A stretch of DNA of 55,881 bases, filler included, from Sphacelaria rigidula (lineage: Eukaryota): assembly GCA_964200075.2 (NCBI GenBank). It is 5 parts of 5 records of this genome, joined end to end, with 100 filler letters (N's around TTAATTAATTAA, not from the genome) between each part and the next. Parts side by side here need not be neighbours in the genome. Positions count along the whole stretch, not along the records: positions 1 to 11,097 come from CAXNAA020005390.1; positions 11,198 to 22,294 come from CAXNAA020005391.1; 3 more parts are not named here. One strand, written 5' to 3'. The notes beneath the pieces were generated by a model. That model was not told the DNA's origin. It saw only the letters and a program-made list of their open reading frames with translations, and made no database searches. The position numbers and the translations under genes were made by a program. Below, in pieces: positions 1 to 13,457 of the stretch; the first letter of the stretch is position 1, and each line of letters starts with the position of its first letter.

Positions 1-231
1 ACCTGGGTTGTAACGCTGAAATGAGTCATGAGGATTCAGTCATCACGAGTCAATTTATCATACTAAAAGCAAGTAATTTCTTGACGAATCATTATTTGCC
101 TAACCGTGAAACCTTCGATGTTCGTCATGAAAATACCGAAGGCGTTGTAACCGGTACTCACAAATGAAGGTCATTGGCGAGCGCAACACTCCGGTACGCC
201 GTCGTCTTTGTATGCGTGGATGATGACGCAG

Positions 232-3200
232 GATCGTGAAAGCGGGACGCCGGGAATGGGACACGGTGGTGGGCACGGCGGGCATCAGCAGCAGTTCAAC
301 CATCACCATCAGCAGCAGCAGCAAATGGTAGGTCAGATGCAGATGCCCCCGATGGGCGCCTTCGCGGGACAGCCGTTCGCTCCCGGCCCGACGCCACTGA
401 TGGGGCAGCCCATGGGACACATGCAGATGCATCAGCAGATGCAGCACGGTGGTGGCGGCGGTGGTGTGCCGCAGGTGACCCCCCCATCATTAAACGACAG
501 TCAGCAGCAGTAGCAGCAACAGCTCTGTCATTTATCTACATGTGTCATATGTTTTTTGTGGTGTCGTATTGTTGTCCTCATCTGCCTGTCGAGCTTGCGG
601 TGCTTTGCCGAAATTAACTTGGAAATGCTCCGGTTTGCGTCCCGCTGCTGCTCTTGCTGTTGTTGTTGCTGCTGCTGCGGTGGGGCTACTGTGTGTGTGC
701 GCACGCGATTTTTTTCATGTTCATCTCGGAAACTAGGCAACGGGGAATCGCATTTACGTGGGGAACTTGGCCTGGACTGTCGAATGGCAGGAGCTGAAGG
801 ACCACATGCGCACAGTCGGAAAAGTGGTACACGCAGATGTGCTCCAGGACGGAGATGGCCGCTCCAAGGTATGTGCGTGCAGTCCTTCGAGGTTCTCGCA
901 ACACCACAAACTGTTCGTTGCGGATGTTTTGCTTTGTTCTTGTTTCCCCGGGTTGGTTGACCATGCCATTCGTTTCAAGCGGAAATTGCAAGCTTTTTGT
1001 GTACATTCTCCACTTGCAATCTGTGTGGCGATCGGATGAGAAACTAGATGAGGTGTTATTTTCGTTGTCTCCGTCGTCCCGGGAACTTTCTAGAGGGCGT
1101 AAAAAAAGCCTCTCGTCAAAGTTTTCCGCAGTATTATTTGTCTGGAGTATGATATTTATAGTTTCCGTTTCTCTTGTTTCTTTTCCTTCATTCTCCGTCA
1201 CCTCGCTAGGGCTGCGGCATTGTGGAATACGAGGATACGCGCGGCGCCAACCGCGCCATCCGAGAGCTGAACAATACCCCACTCAGCGGACGGCCCATTT
1301 TCGTCCGGGAAGACCGAGAACAGCCCAGCGGGCGCCAGGGAAGGCGTGGTGGTGGCGGTGGGGGTAACCAGCAATCGAATGGAGGCGGAGGGGGAGGAGG
1401 GGGGGGCGGGCCAAGTATTGCGGGTCGTCAACTGTACGTGGGCAACTTGTCGTTCGAGACCACTTGGGCGGACCTCAAGGTCGGTTGTTTGGCTGCGCTT
1501 GGTTGCTTGGTTGTACTCCGTTGTCTCGTGTCGGTTTTTGTTCCACCGGTGTACGAGCTGGGCCAGCCGAGAAGCGATTCCGCAGTTTGCAGGCCGATTA
1601 TACGGCCAATACGTGCAGCTGGACCCTGAAATTTGGTATGGATAATGAGTAGGGCATAATGAAAAAGTTACTGGCGTACACAGGGGATTTTTTTTTCTTC
1701 ATGAGTTTGGGGCATTTTACCGATATCTGAAAACTGATTATTGCCCCCAACTCATGAAAAAAAAAATCCCTCGTGTACGCCAGTAATTTTTTTCATCATG
1801 CCCTACTCATTGTCCATACCAAATTCCAGGGTCCAACTCCAAGTTGTGGCCGTATAATCGGCCGTTTAGTGACGGGATCAGAAGAAATTCGCGACAGTAT
1901 TTTGCAGGCCATTTGCCGGCCCATGTTTGGTGTTTGTGTATTGAAACTTTGTGTGGGGCGTGTCTAGGGCATAATCAAGAAAACAAAGTGGGTCAAGTTG
2001 ATTTTTTTCAATTTTCCACTGGTTTAGGGCGTTCTACCATAGTAAAGACCATATTTCACGAGAACGCCCTTACCTCTATGAAAAAAAGATGGAAGGCCCA
2101 TTTCTTTTTTTATTCGGCACTCTTCGGTGGTTCTCCACACCAAAATTCGTCGTCATCCACTAAATGCATCGATCGGGAGTTTCATATAGATTTTAGTATT
2201 GACGCTATCTCCCCTAGGTAAAGAAATTGGTCATGGGGTTTAATCAACGAGAAAATATGAGCCCAAACTTTTGAGCAGATGAACACCTTCCCCTTGGTTA
2301 GACGACTAATACGATATGCGGGTCATGGCCCAATTCGTCTGTGTCGATGAGATATTGCGTTCAAAGCTTCAATCCGTTTTTAGGCTGGAACAGCTCGTAG
2401 GAAGGACCGTATATTTATGCCGGTGAACTACGTATGCGCTTGAGTAAACGTTCGATCTTGAGTCGCCTGAGGATGGGACAGGCAGGTGCGGGGAAATAAT
2501 GCGAGCTTAATTGTAGACGTCTCGATAGCAAGTGTGGATTTTTCGCTACTAGTTGGGACATGACGCGTTGGCGGTTCTATGATACAAGGGGAGAACGTGT
2601 GCGTCACATGCGGCGCTCGTGAGCTGTCGTTTGTCTCGCACAAGTGGCAACCGGTGCGCAAATCGCCAAAACTTGATGCGTTGTGCCAACCATCGTATTG
2701 ATGACGTGATGTTGTCGGCGACACTCGTGATTCACTGTCACGTTTTTAACCCTTCCTCCGACCCACGAAAAAATAACCAAAAGACACGCTGGAGACAGCA
2801 CACCCAATTTCATGATGGAGCATAGAATCACACTTGTGGTGGCACAACTATACGCGCTACCTCCTCCAGAGAACTTCGGGTCATTCCTTCTTTTCCATAA
2901 CGCGCGACATGACGGTAAATATTTCCCTCAAAGTTACCACAGCAACAGTCCCTACTATGCAAGGATGATGATCATTTTCCTATTCGGGATCTGAAACGCG
3001 GACGCAAGGAACTCACCCCAGAATCGCTCATGATCAGTTTATTCGCACCTGCGGTCAAGGCGCGTGAGCTGTCATTATCAGCAGCCGGAACCAAGTACGG
3101 AGCTTCTCACGATATTGTGATCTTGACTACTTGTTGTGTTGTCCTCACCGTTGATCCTTATCGTTCGTATCAACTGCGTGAGGGTTAGGATGGGTGTCAC

Positions 3201-6200
3201 TTAGGTACTGGGTACCTTCCTGAATTGCACGCGCTTTGACCAGCGGTAAATGTAGCCAAACAAACACGAAATAATTGAGATGATCATCACGGGCTGCAGA
3301 GGCTTCGTTGCTTGGTGATTTCTATGTTGGAAATTCCTCGAAGGCCTGAAATCTTTCGAAACAGGATTGCACCCCGGTGCGGTGTGATGCCAGAGTGGAT
3401 ATCTGCGCAGTGTCCGGGACATTTCCAGGAAAATCCGAGTTTCCCAGCCACCCCGGACGATCGGGAACGTTCTGCGATTTTTTCCATGACTTTGAGAAAC
3501 CATGCCGTTCAAGACGGGCCAGAACTTCCTTGCACAAAGAAAAATATTCCTTTTTTTTCGACGATTTGAATCGAAGGTAGTGCCACCACATCCTCTGTCG
3601 TCCTCACGACACACGTCTCAGCTTACTGGGCGCCATGGATGGCAGGCAGTACGTTGACGCTTGCGTTGGATGTGTGCAGGGATGAAAGAAAACACCAAAG
3701 CACTCAAGACCCCGGCGTGAAAAGAGTTGGGGTAGTTCTGCTTGGCAGTTTTCACTTCCGCTTCGAGAAATAGAAGCTGTTCTCCCGAACGTCATCGGTG
3801 AGTTATATCGTGGCGACAATATTCTGGCTGTCTACACACAACCGAGTGGGAGACATCACTACTGTTCCGCAATGAACGTCTCGATACCCCAAGCGCGTCC
3901 AGAATACTAACTACTCGGTGCCTCCACGTCGTTCTCGTGGGGGTATTTCGTTGCCCAAATTCACGTGATGAGGAGCACACCGTCGGTTTAAGGTACATCC
4001 ATCCAGCAGTTCGTGTTGTCCAAACAAACGTCATTTTGATGACGCATGCGCAAGTCTTCGCATGTGGTTTTGAGTGACGCCTGAAAAAGCTGGTCAGAGC
4101 ACATGTGTCACAGCGTTACGTACTGATCCTGCTGCTGAGTGCAGCTCATGGGGTGGCCGCACAGCGTTGCGGTTACTGGGCGTAACGGCACAGTGGATGA
4201 AAATAACCCCGGCTGCACGCACCTTGGCTTGTTCGGGTGGCGTGCACTCGATCATTTGACTTTTTGTGGATGTGCGTGTGTTGCTTGAAGTCTACGCTGT
4301 CAACGATGAGTGCTAAATCTTGGAAATTCTAGGCAAAATAGTTGAGGCGTTGAGCAAACCGCCTGAAGAGTACGAGCGCAAGCTTTAAAAATCAAGAGAG
4401 TTGGCGGGGGTCCGAACAAGTGATGAAGCATGTGGTTTAATGCGATAATACGCGCGTCACCTCACCAGTTCTTGTAAGTTTGTTTGGTGGGTGCGAGGAT
4501 TAAAAATCTCGGTCCAGGTTGGAAGGAAGCTAGACAGAGTTTTTTTTTTTCCAGCTCACATCATGTCCGTTCTTCCTTGTATATCCGAGTTGGTCGTATT
4601 GCACATGGTGTTTTTTACCGTCTTGACTGAACGGATATTCTAACTGTTTGTCGATTTCACCCTTGCCACAGCATGCACGAAAGGTGCGTCGGGATCAATG
4701 CCTCGTGCTTCCCGCGCTCCATCGTCAAATTTTTGTCATCTTTTCGCGTTCGTAAATCGAACAAGGCTCACCGTAATGCGACCTAAATACGATCTCAATT
4801 TTTTTTTCTTGTAGCATACACAGGTTTCGGTGCATGTTTTCCTGTCTCATATTTTCGTATAGGGGGTGCCCATTTTCCGTGAGACATGTTCACAGTTTAT
4901 GTCTTCATCATGAGGTGGCCGTCACAGCCCAGGAAATCCGTGCATCCGATGCCAGCACAGCTGTAACCGGGGGGATGGATGCCCGTGCACAAGTGGTATT
5001 GCAGTCAGGTCAACGGCGTGTCCTGAGCGGATTTGATATGATGTGTTATAAGTACGTTCCTGGACGAGGAACCGAAATATCGTGCCTCCGATTCGTGTCA
5101 CTGCACAACTGCTCCACTTTTTTTGGTCAAGCACGGCGGCGCACGGCCGGTCCCAAGCTTCGATGTCTTGTCGATGGGAGCCTCAGACTCTTCATTCGTT
5201 CGTGTCCATCTTTTTTCTCTGCTTTGTTTCGAAACGCGTGCAGGACCACTTCCGCTCTTCCGGGGAGGTTGAGCGCGCCGACGTGATGATGGACAGCTCT
5301 CGTAGGTCCAAGGGGTGGGGGACCGTGCGCTTCAGGACGCCGGTGAGGGCAATTTTTTTCCATCAATCCTGATCGTCGTCGTCGTTGTCGTCCTCGTCCT
5401 CGTCTTCTCCTTCGTGGTCGTTGCCGTTACCGCTGAACTTCGCGCCCAACAAATTGATTGGCACTCTGGGGCACCCGTCTGTTGAACCGTTGGGACTCTC
5501 CCAGGCTCGGTGGGAAATGCGGTTTTTCAGAGAGGTTCACATGTGGTGTCGAACACTCTACTTGATCGGCAATGCCCTGGAGTAAAGGTTTTCTCAAGAT
5601 TTCTCTTCAGTCGTAGGTGAACACTCTGCTGATGTATGTCCACCCACTCATTTTCCGCTTTCCAAACTTTTCATTTTCTTGGAAGCAAATCCGATCGCCG
5701 AACCGTGAGCATGGTGTTTTCCAAGGTATTCCCGCATGCTCACCCATGATTTTGTGGTCTGTTTTAACAAATGACGCCCAGTATCTCTGTGGCGCCCTCC
5801 TTTTTGTTGCAGAAGTTGCTTTGTTAGCCTTGGCTATAGAAAAGGACTACTTCTTTTTGTATTTTGCTTCGCCACGTTACAAAAAATGACCATAAAACGG
5901 AAACAGCAAAACGCAATCTAGACAATTTTTTGTCTCAGCTTTTCACGCATCAGAGGGCTCCTCGGCACCCGGGCCTCGAAAATAGACAGAAAAAAAACAC
6001 GCTACTAGCGGATAATGGTCATGCGCATACAAAAGTCTCGCCTCCGGAAACTACTTTCCCTTTCTAGGCTAGATTTCGAACACGTATACTCGATCCAGTT
6101 TTTTTTCAAGTGTACCTTATCTGGGCCATCAGTCATCCCAGAAAATACTTATCCTGGGTCACTGTTTCCCACACTGTACCTAATGCGGCACACTGCGCGA

Positions 6201-9200
6201 AAGAGAATCCATCTGCCGACTCCAACCATTGCGCCCACACATGGCTCTTTTGCCGCCCATTTGCCGTCCACGGACGCCACAACGACCACACCCCTTCCTC
6301 CCGGGTAATGGTTCCCGAGTCTCTCCGCATCGACACAAGATCTGGACTCACACCTCACGACGCGTCGGTCTTTTGCGCTTGCGGAGTGTTTTGTAACATG
6401 TGCCGTTCAGGGTTGCTCCAAAAAACCCAACATTTTCGTCGAAACAGATCTGACTACCTTTCCCTCTAGTCCACCCTGCTGCAGTGAGTGCACAGCACCA
6501 GATAGAGCGACGAGGAACTGTTGGCTGTGGCCCGAAGCATCTATGACCGTAGATTCAGCGCCTCGCAGCCGCTACGGCGCGAGTAGGGCCGTGCGTCATG
6601 AACTGCGAACTTCACAGACTCACCGCTGATCGCTACAATACAAATGATCATGATCGAAAGAGGGTCACCGGTGTCAGTTTGCTGCCACATCGGCCGCCCA
6701 GCCGCTCATGACGTCAATGTTATTGGACCTGCGCGTGCATGTATGCATTCACCTCCAGTGCTCAGAGTCTGGACTGCGGGGTAGCCGCCTTGAGGGCGCA
6801 TCGACGGCATTTCCCGAAATTGCTTGTTACCATGTTCGTAACTTGTGCGGAGCCCAATTGTGCGGACGCTTAGCGCATATGTCGCCTGCGTTTTTTGTTC
6901 GACTCGTGCGCAAAGTTTCATGAGGGAACGCGAAGTCCCAGGCGAGAAATCCACAATGAAAGTTGTTTTGCAAATTGGGAGTTCACCGTGAGAAAGTATT
7001 CAAATAAACGAGATGCGTTTACGCCCTGGTTGCGCCGCATATCAGACGCGGTCACTCGGTGTCCCGGCTCGGATATTGTAATACGGTATTACAGTACTGC
7101 GCTGTCGGATGCAGTACAGGCAGTACATTGAATCAGCAGTTATACTGCACCTTATTTTAGTCTAGACGGAGTTTTACAATGTTGAAGGCACCAGCTGCAT
7201 CGCCATGCATGGATGCAAACGAGCATGCCGTTTTTATCTGTGCTGAAAGCAATCGAGGTACTTCTCAGGCGTATTGCTCACTCCATGTACTACACCCTAG
7301 GCGTGTTGACGGGCGGGAACACGAACCGTGGCCGCCAACTCTCGGCGTATCATGGGGCCCGTAAGGCACCCGTACCGAGCAACACCATGCACACCACCGA
7401 ACGCGGGACATGATGACGTTTTTATCCTGGCGCCGACGATCTAGCCTTCAACATAGCTTTTCAGATACACGGCGTGTTGGGCTGTGAGTTCTTCCCAGGG
7501 GGCTCCTCGCTCGTGTGGATTACACCTACTTTGGGGATGCTCTAAGCTGATATTTTATCCGATGATTCTTGTACGCGAAAATCAGCATACTTTTTTTTTG
7601 TGGCGAAACGCTGGTTGCAATCTGAGGCTGGGGTCATGTTCCATCGTATCAACCCGTCTGGGACCCTTTTTACCCCACAGCAGTGTGTCGGTGGCGGATG
7701 TCCATTAGTTATGTATTCAGGTCAAAGTCCGGATGGTCGAGTTATTATTTTTTGTTTTACTCACATTTTGTCAAGCGCTCCTGAGATTCCCTGCGTGCTT
7801 TTTTGGGTCGCCAGTCTAGACTAAAATGTAATAGTTACATCGACACATGATTGGGGGGGGGGAATTGGGAAGAAGCGCGCATGCCACATCGTGGTTAATT
7901 TCACGACGGCATTAAACCCGGCTGGGTCGTGGAGCCAGAGAAGGAGTTTTAGTCATGACTTCCGTCTATCCCTTCGCCGATGCCCTGGACTCTGTAGTAA
8001 ACATGTAGTGGGCGGGGACGAACAAGCTGTGTTTAGACAACTGATCTCCGTAGCTGAAAACTGCCCAGATCATGTAGGAAAGTATGCAGCGGCAGCGGCT
8101 GCTGCAGTCGAAGGGGGGTACTGTACTGTATATGTGCCGCAACATCCCATGCCCTTGGAAAAGAAATTGCCGCTTGCAGCAAAGAGGAAAATTGCGGCCC
8201 ACCCCGACCACAAGAGGCTGTGCGGCAAGGTAACAGGAACAATTACAACATTCGAAGCCGCAACTGGCGAGCAGCCCGCTGGTTGCAACATCCTGCTGAA
8301 AGCTCTATACGGTGACCCATACTGCGTGTTACATCTAAACATTACCTGATGCGCGCCCCACCCGGATGACAATTTGTATGTGCACATGAAAATTGATTCG
8401 ATGGAACTTGCGGTCTTTCTTCTAACTCTGCGGTTACACATGTGGATTTTCAGTGACATGAAGCCCCTGTTTCATGCCGATACCAGACACATCATTCCTA
8501 AGCAGCCTAATCGGTCGTTCTGGAGGCCCGGTCCCAAAAGGGTGAATGCTTGTGGTATTGGGGTTAATAACATGTGGTCGTTGCGGCTTTCGTGGACGGT
8601 AAATGGTGGAATTTCGAAGAAATCTTGGGCTGGTGTTGGCGGACGACGAATTATAGGATCAGGTCGCGAAATGGTGGATGACGTCACAATAGGATGTTAG
8701 AGGTGACCGAGAGAGCAAGAATTCACACCCCCACCTCCGCTCAGTTATCTTGAGTTCCCAAGCCCCAAAAGCACTCCGCGCTCGGCAATAATGAGCAAGG
8801 CGACAGTCATCGGTGCAAGACAGTCAAGTACAGCACAAGTGGTAGTTCTCGAACGTATTTGAATCAATTTGCCCGCCCACCGTCCTGTTACCCGAGAAGG
8901 GGTGGAATAAGGGTTGATCGGTGGATTCTCGTCCTTTATTCTTTTTCGTTTCGGTGGAGTGGTCGGGATATGTTCGGTCTCCATCTATGGTTTTTCTCCG
9001 CGTCCGCTTTGAAAAGTCCCGCCCCGCCCCTGTGCCATGGGGGGTGTACTCATGATCATGCATGCCATAGTCATAGGACCATTGACCTCGCATCCCTACA
9101 ATGCCGAGACGGAGCACGCCGGGTTTTCGCCGGACCAGGCTTGCACTCAAACCACCAAGCGCGAAGAGCCGTGTTGTGTTCGTCGAGTCGCATGAAGGGT

Positions 9201-10631
9201 GAGCTGCATCCTGCTTAGATTGTTCGGCCCGAAGCCTACTGATTACCTTGCAGTATGATGACAGCCAACAATGAGTGGAAGGGTGCGTCACCATCCCACA
9301 GGGGTTTGCGTCACCATCGCACAGGGGGTTTGAGCGCAGGCCTGGTCCGGCGAAAACCCCATTTAGCCTAGAAAGTGGAAGGGGTTTGCGGATACGAGAC
9401 TTCCTTCTGTTCGTGGCCATACTTCACGAGTAGCATGCTTATTACTATATTTTTTCTAAGCCCTGGTGCCGAGGAGCTTCCCCGATTGCTGTGGGCGAAA
9501 AGTTGGGAACAAAATTGGTCTAGACTGTGTGCTTTGCTGTTTTCGCGTTCTTGTTCATTCTCCGTACCTTTCATGGTCAAAATACAAGGAGGTACACCTA
9601 ATCTAGGCCATGACCCTGTTGTTTTCTCCCATCTAGTGTGAGGGTCGGGCGAATCATCGCTGATTCGAATCACCATGGCTTGATTGGTCGAAAGGATGAG
9701 AAAAAAAATAGACGTTCGATAAAACGAGTCGGAACGCAAATAATGCGCTATTCCGCTTGCCTGGGGGGCAGCGCTGGAAAGCACGACCCAAAGATGGATT
9801 CATTTGTCACCAGTCAATGACATTAGAAGCAATTCATTGGAGACGGATCATCATTCGGCCGACCCTTTACAAACATGTTGACGGATGTGCGCACTTAGCA
9901 GTACACTCGAAGTGAAGCACCGGCCATGAAGGTGAGGCATTGCTGTGGATGAATGAGGCTAGTTAATCTTTTTGGAACCCGCTGACGATTTCGTTTTTGG
10001 CGAGTCAACATCATTTTGACTCGAAAATGACTGAAAATGACGCAAAAGTCGTCCATGTGTCCCACAAGAGTTAACCGGCGTTGCGGCACAAGTTTTCCAT
10101 GGTTAACATAATTTTATTAGCATCGCTACCCCTAACCCGAATCTCAACCCTACGCATACCGAGAACCCTCGGACAAGGGCGGACAGCACATACGTTCCCA
10201 AGGCAAATTGCGGTCTTGGTGGACCCCAAATCGACGCCTGTGGCGCCGACTTCAACGAAAACGCTTCTGCGCACGCGAGGAACACACGGTAGTCTCAGTC
10301 CCACTAAAATTCCGAGTCTCGTTGTTCACACTCGAACCAAGCAGTATCAACCATGGATGGACACTTGTAGCCAAACGCCGGTAAACTTCACTGGGATGAA
10401 TGAACACCACGACAGCTTCCAACATATATCGAGGAACAATGCTGAATAAGCACTAAATGATATATCGCACAGGAGGAAGCCCAAACGGCGATTCAGGAGC
10501 TGAACGGGACCGAGCTAGGGTCCCGACAAATCGAGGTTAGGGAGGATAACAAGACCATTCCCAACGCCAGCAGCAACAACAACGCCGGCGCCTCGGCGAC
10601 TACCCAGACACCCGTTAGCAGCACCAACTGA
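232..10631 (+). CDS. Multi-RRM RNA-binding protein (Gbp2/Hrb1/hnRNP M-like), 5'-truncated by the contig start
   Basis: Spliced by hand with GT-AG sites, all phase 0. Exons: 232-474 (DRE..Q/M/G-rich linker), 737-868 (ATGNRIYVGNLAWTVEWQELKDHMRTVGKVVHADVLQDGDGRSK), 1210-1479 (GCGIVEYEDTRGANRAIRELNNTPLSGRPIFVREDRE...RQLYVGNLSFETTWADLK), 5244-5342 (DHFRSSGEVERADVMMDSSRRSKGWGTVRFRTP), 10473-10631 (EEAQTAIQELNGTELGSRQIEVREDNK...stop). Two complete RRMs with RNP2/RNP1. The first exon starts with DRE, the tail of a further upstream RRM. Confidence 0.92.
1592..1863. repeat. Foldback inverted repeat (MITE-like or long hairpin) in an RRM-gene intron
   Basis: Arm 1592-1714 (GGCCGATTATACGGCC...TTCATGAGTTTGGGGCA) is the near reverse complement of 1742-1863; loop ~27 nt. 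Confidence 0.85.
1990..2390 (+). repeat. Interspersed repeat, with a reverse-complement copy at ~21690-22075
   Basis: Colinear matches such as GGGTCAAG..GATTTTTTTCAAT, CACACCAAAATT, CGATCGGGAGTTTCATA and TTTAATCAACGAGAAAA between two unrelated contigs. Confidence 0.75.
4286..4474 (+). pseudogene. Degenerate bacterial/mitochondrial-type SSU rRNA fragment (probable NUMT)
   Basis: Ordered 16S-type motifs: GTCTACGCTGTCAACGATG, CCGCCTGAAGAGTAC, CGCAAG, AAAATCAAGAGAGTTGGCGG (cf. AAACTCAAAGGAATTGACGG), GCATGTGGTTTAATGCGA and CCTCACCAGTTCTTG. Only ~190 nt long, intronic, with mutations in universally conserved positions. Confidence 0.8.
5855..6075 (+). repeat. Repeat with an inverted copy at 9361-9590
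   Basis: TCTAGAC-AATTTT, GCTCCTCGGCACC and CTTTCTAGGCTA match the reverse complement of 9361-9590. Confidence 0.7.
6690..6965 (-). repeat. Interspersed repeat, with a copy at ~22900-23170 (+)
   Basis: Shared colinear blocks TTGTGGATTTCTC, AATGCC.TCGAT.CGCCCTCAA, CCAGACT and GTGAATGCATA. Confidence 0.65.
9039..9268 (-). mobile_element. Poly(C)-ended retroposon-like element, family A (one of the two longest copies)
   Basis: Other copies at 12112-12180, 13743-13990, 16497-16690, 18317-18408, 30895-30998 and 44787-44813. Copies share the (G)n-GTACTCATGA end (degenerate in some) and the core CATTGACCTCGCATCCCTAC..GAGACGGAGCACGCCGGG, and are truncated to different extents at the other end. Confidence 0.75.
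9967..10070. mobile_element. ~105-120 bp MITE with TTAA flanks (piggyBac-like)
   Basis: TTAA at 9963-9966 and 10071-10074. Homologous copies at 11855-11971 and 15880-15997 have CCC..TTGGAACCC/AAAGGG termini and degenerate TTAA flanks. Confidence 0.7.
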
Positions 10632-11097
10632 CGGAATAGTGACACTACAGCTACACTGATAGGACAAAGAGAAGAACAAATCTTCTCCTGCGATGGAGAA
10701 GAGGAAACAAGACCCTGCAACGTTGCTTAATCAGGAGGTATATAGCACTCGGGATCATGAATATATATATATACCAACAGTACATTTTTTATAAAACACT
10801 TTTTGTGGTACTAATCTAAGGTACACTAGTTACGCGTACCCAATCAATGTGCCTAATATATATTGTCATGATCATGGGTGTAGTAGGTATTTGGGTTTCT
10901 TGTCCGCGTACTTGATAGGTAGGTAGGTACGTTTGTACGTACTTTCGTAGATCGTACATTAGTTGTAGCTGAACTGTTGCAACCAACACAGCACCACCCC
11001 CAGCCTTTTTTTTTTTTTTTTTCGTTTTTTTTTCTTTGGTTCGGGTTTTCCTTTCTTTGTTTTTTTCCCCCCCCCCCTCTTCTTTCCCGTCTTTACA

Positions 11098-11197
11098 NNN
11101 NNNNNNNNNNNNNNNNNNNNNNNNNNNNNNNNNNNNNNNNNTTAATTAATTAANNNNNNNNNNNNNNNNNNNNNNNNNNNNNNNNNNNNNNNNNNNN
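11098..11197. other. Artificial contig linker
   Basis: 44 N + TTAATTAATTAA (stops in all frames) + 44 N. Confidence 0.99.
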
Positions 11198-13149
11198 GGG
11201 GGGGGGGGGGGGGGAAGGGGGAGTATTTTGGATCATGTCTTCTACAAAAAGGCACTTCAAATCGTCGTTGAAAGTAGCAACGGCTGGTCGAATGTCCTTG
11301 CTACCGACAAATAGCGCTCGTTCATACTGCTCAACACCGTTCTCACCACACTGCGAACGTGTTACGTCGTCTGATAAACTCATGGGCCTCTTCCCCGCGA
11401 GAGTAAGTCCCCCCTTCCTCCTTCTTCGCCAATGCTCCGTCTCGCAAGGAATACATGGTCAACGGTCAAAGGACCTATGTAAGCAACAAATGGTTACGTC
11501 CTCTCTTCCGCTAGTGTGGTGTAGCATGAATCCATTAGATATCCTTGTATTTTACTTCAGTATTCGGAGAAAATACGACAGATTTGAAAATTCTGCCAGG
11601 GACATGACCATCAGTAAGTTAATATTCGAGCCACACAGATTTAGGCACATGATTCTAACTTCACGATATCGAGTGGTGCCACGGCAGGGTGGTGTAAAAC
11701 ACATTGTGGAGGTTTGGACAGTTGGGACTACTCATGAGCCGAGTGAGAGAGCAGGCCACGATCAGCATTTCAAAGATCCACGAATATCTGTGAAAATAGG
11801 ATCGGGAACGTCCGGATCAGTATCTTTGTGAAGGTCCACCACCTTAGTTGTTCACCCTCTTGGAACCCGTTGACGATTCTTGCTTTTGTGAATGAGCTTC
11901 ATTTTCAGTCGTCCCAAAAGTCAAAATGACGCCGAGTCACGAAAAAAAATCGTCGGTCGCTTTCAAAAGGGTGAAGAGCGCCTCAAGGAACATCCAGGGC
12001 CATTAGATAGGGAATGTCCAGATCCAATCCTCATGCAGCTCTCGAAACTTTTTCCAAGAGTCCCTTGAGGAAAAACATCCAGGGCCAGATGTGCAACCCC
12101 TACATAACACACCGGCTTTGTAGGGATGCGAGGTCAGTGATCTTATGACTACGGCATGCGCGATCATGAGTGCCCCCCCCTACCATCACATGGACTCTAC
12201 TCGCATCGTGGGAGTCTTCTAGAAACATCCTTCGTATCCCGTTATATTCATTTTCGGCATTTCCGTCGCCATTGCGTATGGGTACATCCATGGTTGTATG
12301 TCTGTGGAGACAGACGATTACGAGACACGCGTACATGAACGAGGCATCAGTCCTAGTAAACGTAAGAAGCCCTCACAGACATGTTTTGCCACGGTTCCAT
12401 GCCAGCAACATCCGGCAGGTAGAGACACGGGAAAGAAAAAAAAAGTAAGGGCTTGTTCAGCCCCGGTCTTAGTTCATCACCCCCTGTAGTTCCCTCCGAA
12501 TGCTACCAGCGCAAAACCACGGCGTCAGGTTTCCAAGAGTTGGTCATCATTTACCTCGAAGCCCTTTTAGGCGTACATACCTGTACATATATCTCATCAC
12601 GCTCACAGTAGTGAAAAAAATACAGGAGACTTGAAAGATCTGCGCTGCCCGAGGCGTACAACGTTCATGTCTACGTTCACTTCGCTCTCCTAGTGACAAA
12701 ATTTCGAGTCCCATTTTTCATCAGCATTTCATGGTGCCGCGCAATACCGTCATGATCGGATGCGCATGAGCCGTAAGACGTATCAAACACGTGGCAGGAG
12801 CCATCATCACAGGAATTGTTTGCCACGATTACCCGTCGGCGCAAGTCGACAGGAAGGAAAGAAGGAAAGGCAGGCAGGCGAAAGATTTACCTCGTCCCAT
12901 CCTTGCTCACTGTTTCAATTTCAGTCAAAAACCTAACCCGTGACACAGTTGTCTTTTTTGCAAGCAAAATTTGATTACGCTAATTCATTTCTTACTAGAA
13001 TAGAAAATGGGCGACACACCTTGACTCAAGGGTTTACACGAGTCCAGGGGCGGGGTGGGGAGCTCAAGAAAGATAATTGTTGCTGTGATGAATGGCGCAC
13101 GGACAATAGTTACATCAAAGATTGATCTTCCCTCCGTTCTCCCACGTAC

Positions 13150-13398
13150 CAGCGTCCAGCAGCATGTTCACAACTTCCGCATGCCCCCCAGCGGAAGCTC
13201 CCATGAGGGCCGTGATACCGTCGCTGCGGCTGTTGCTGGCCGACGCGCCGTTCTTGAGTAGCTCCTTGACAACCTCTGCTCGGCCTTCCCCCGAAGCTAG
13301 CCAGAGGGCTGTCACGCCCGACTTCGCCTCTGCATCCACCTCCGCCCCCGCCTGATTTTATATCGTAGATTCAGAGAGTTGATGAAGACAAAAACAAT

Positions 13399-13457
<59 letters not shown>

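Noticed and set aside
4286-4474. Functional rRNA gene
   Set aside because: Short, intronic and mutated at invariant positions.
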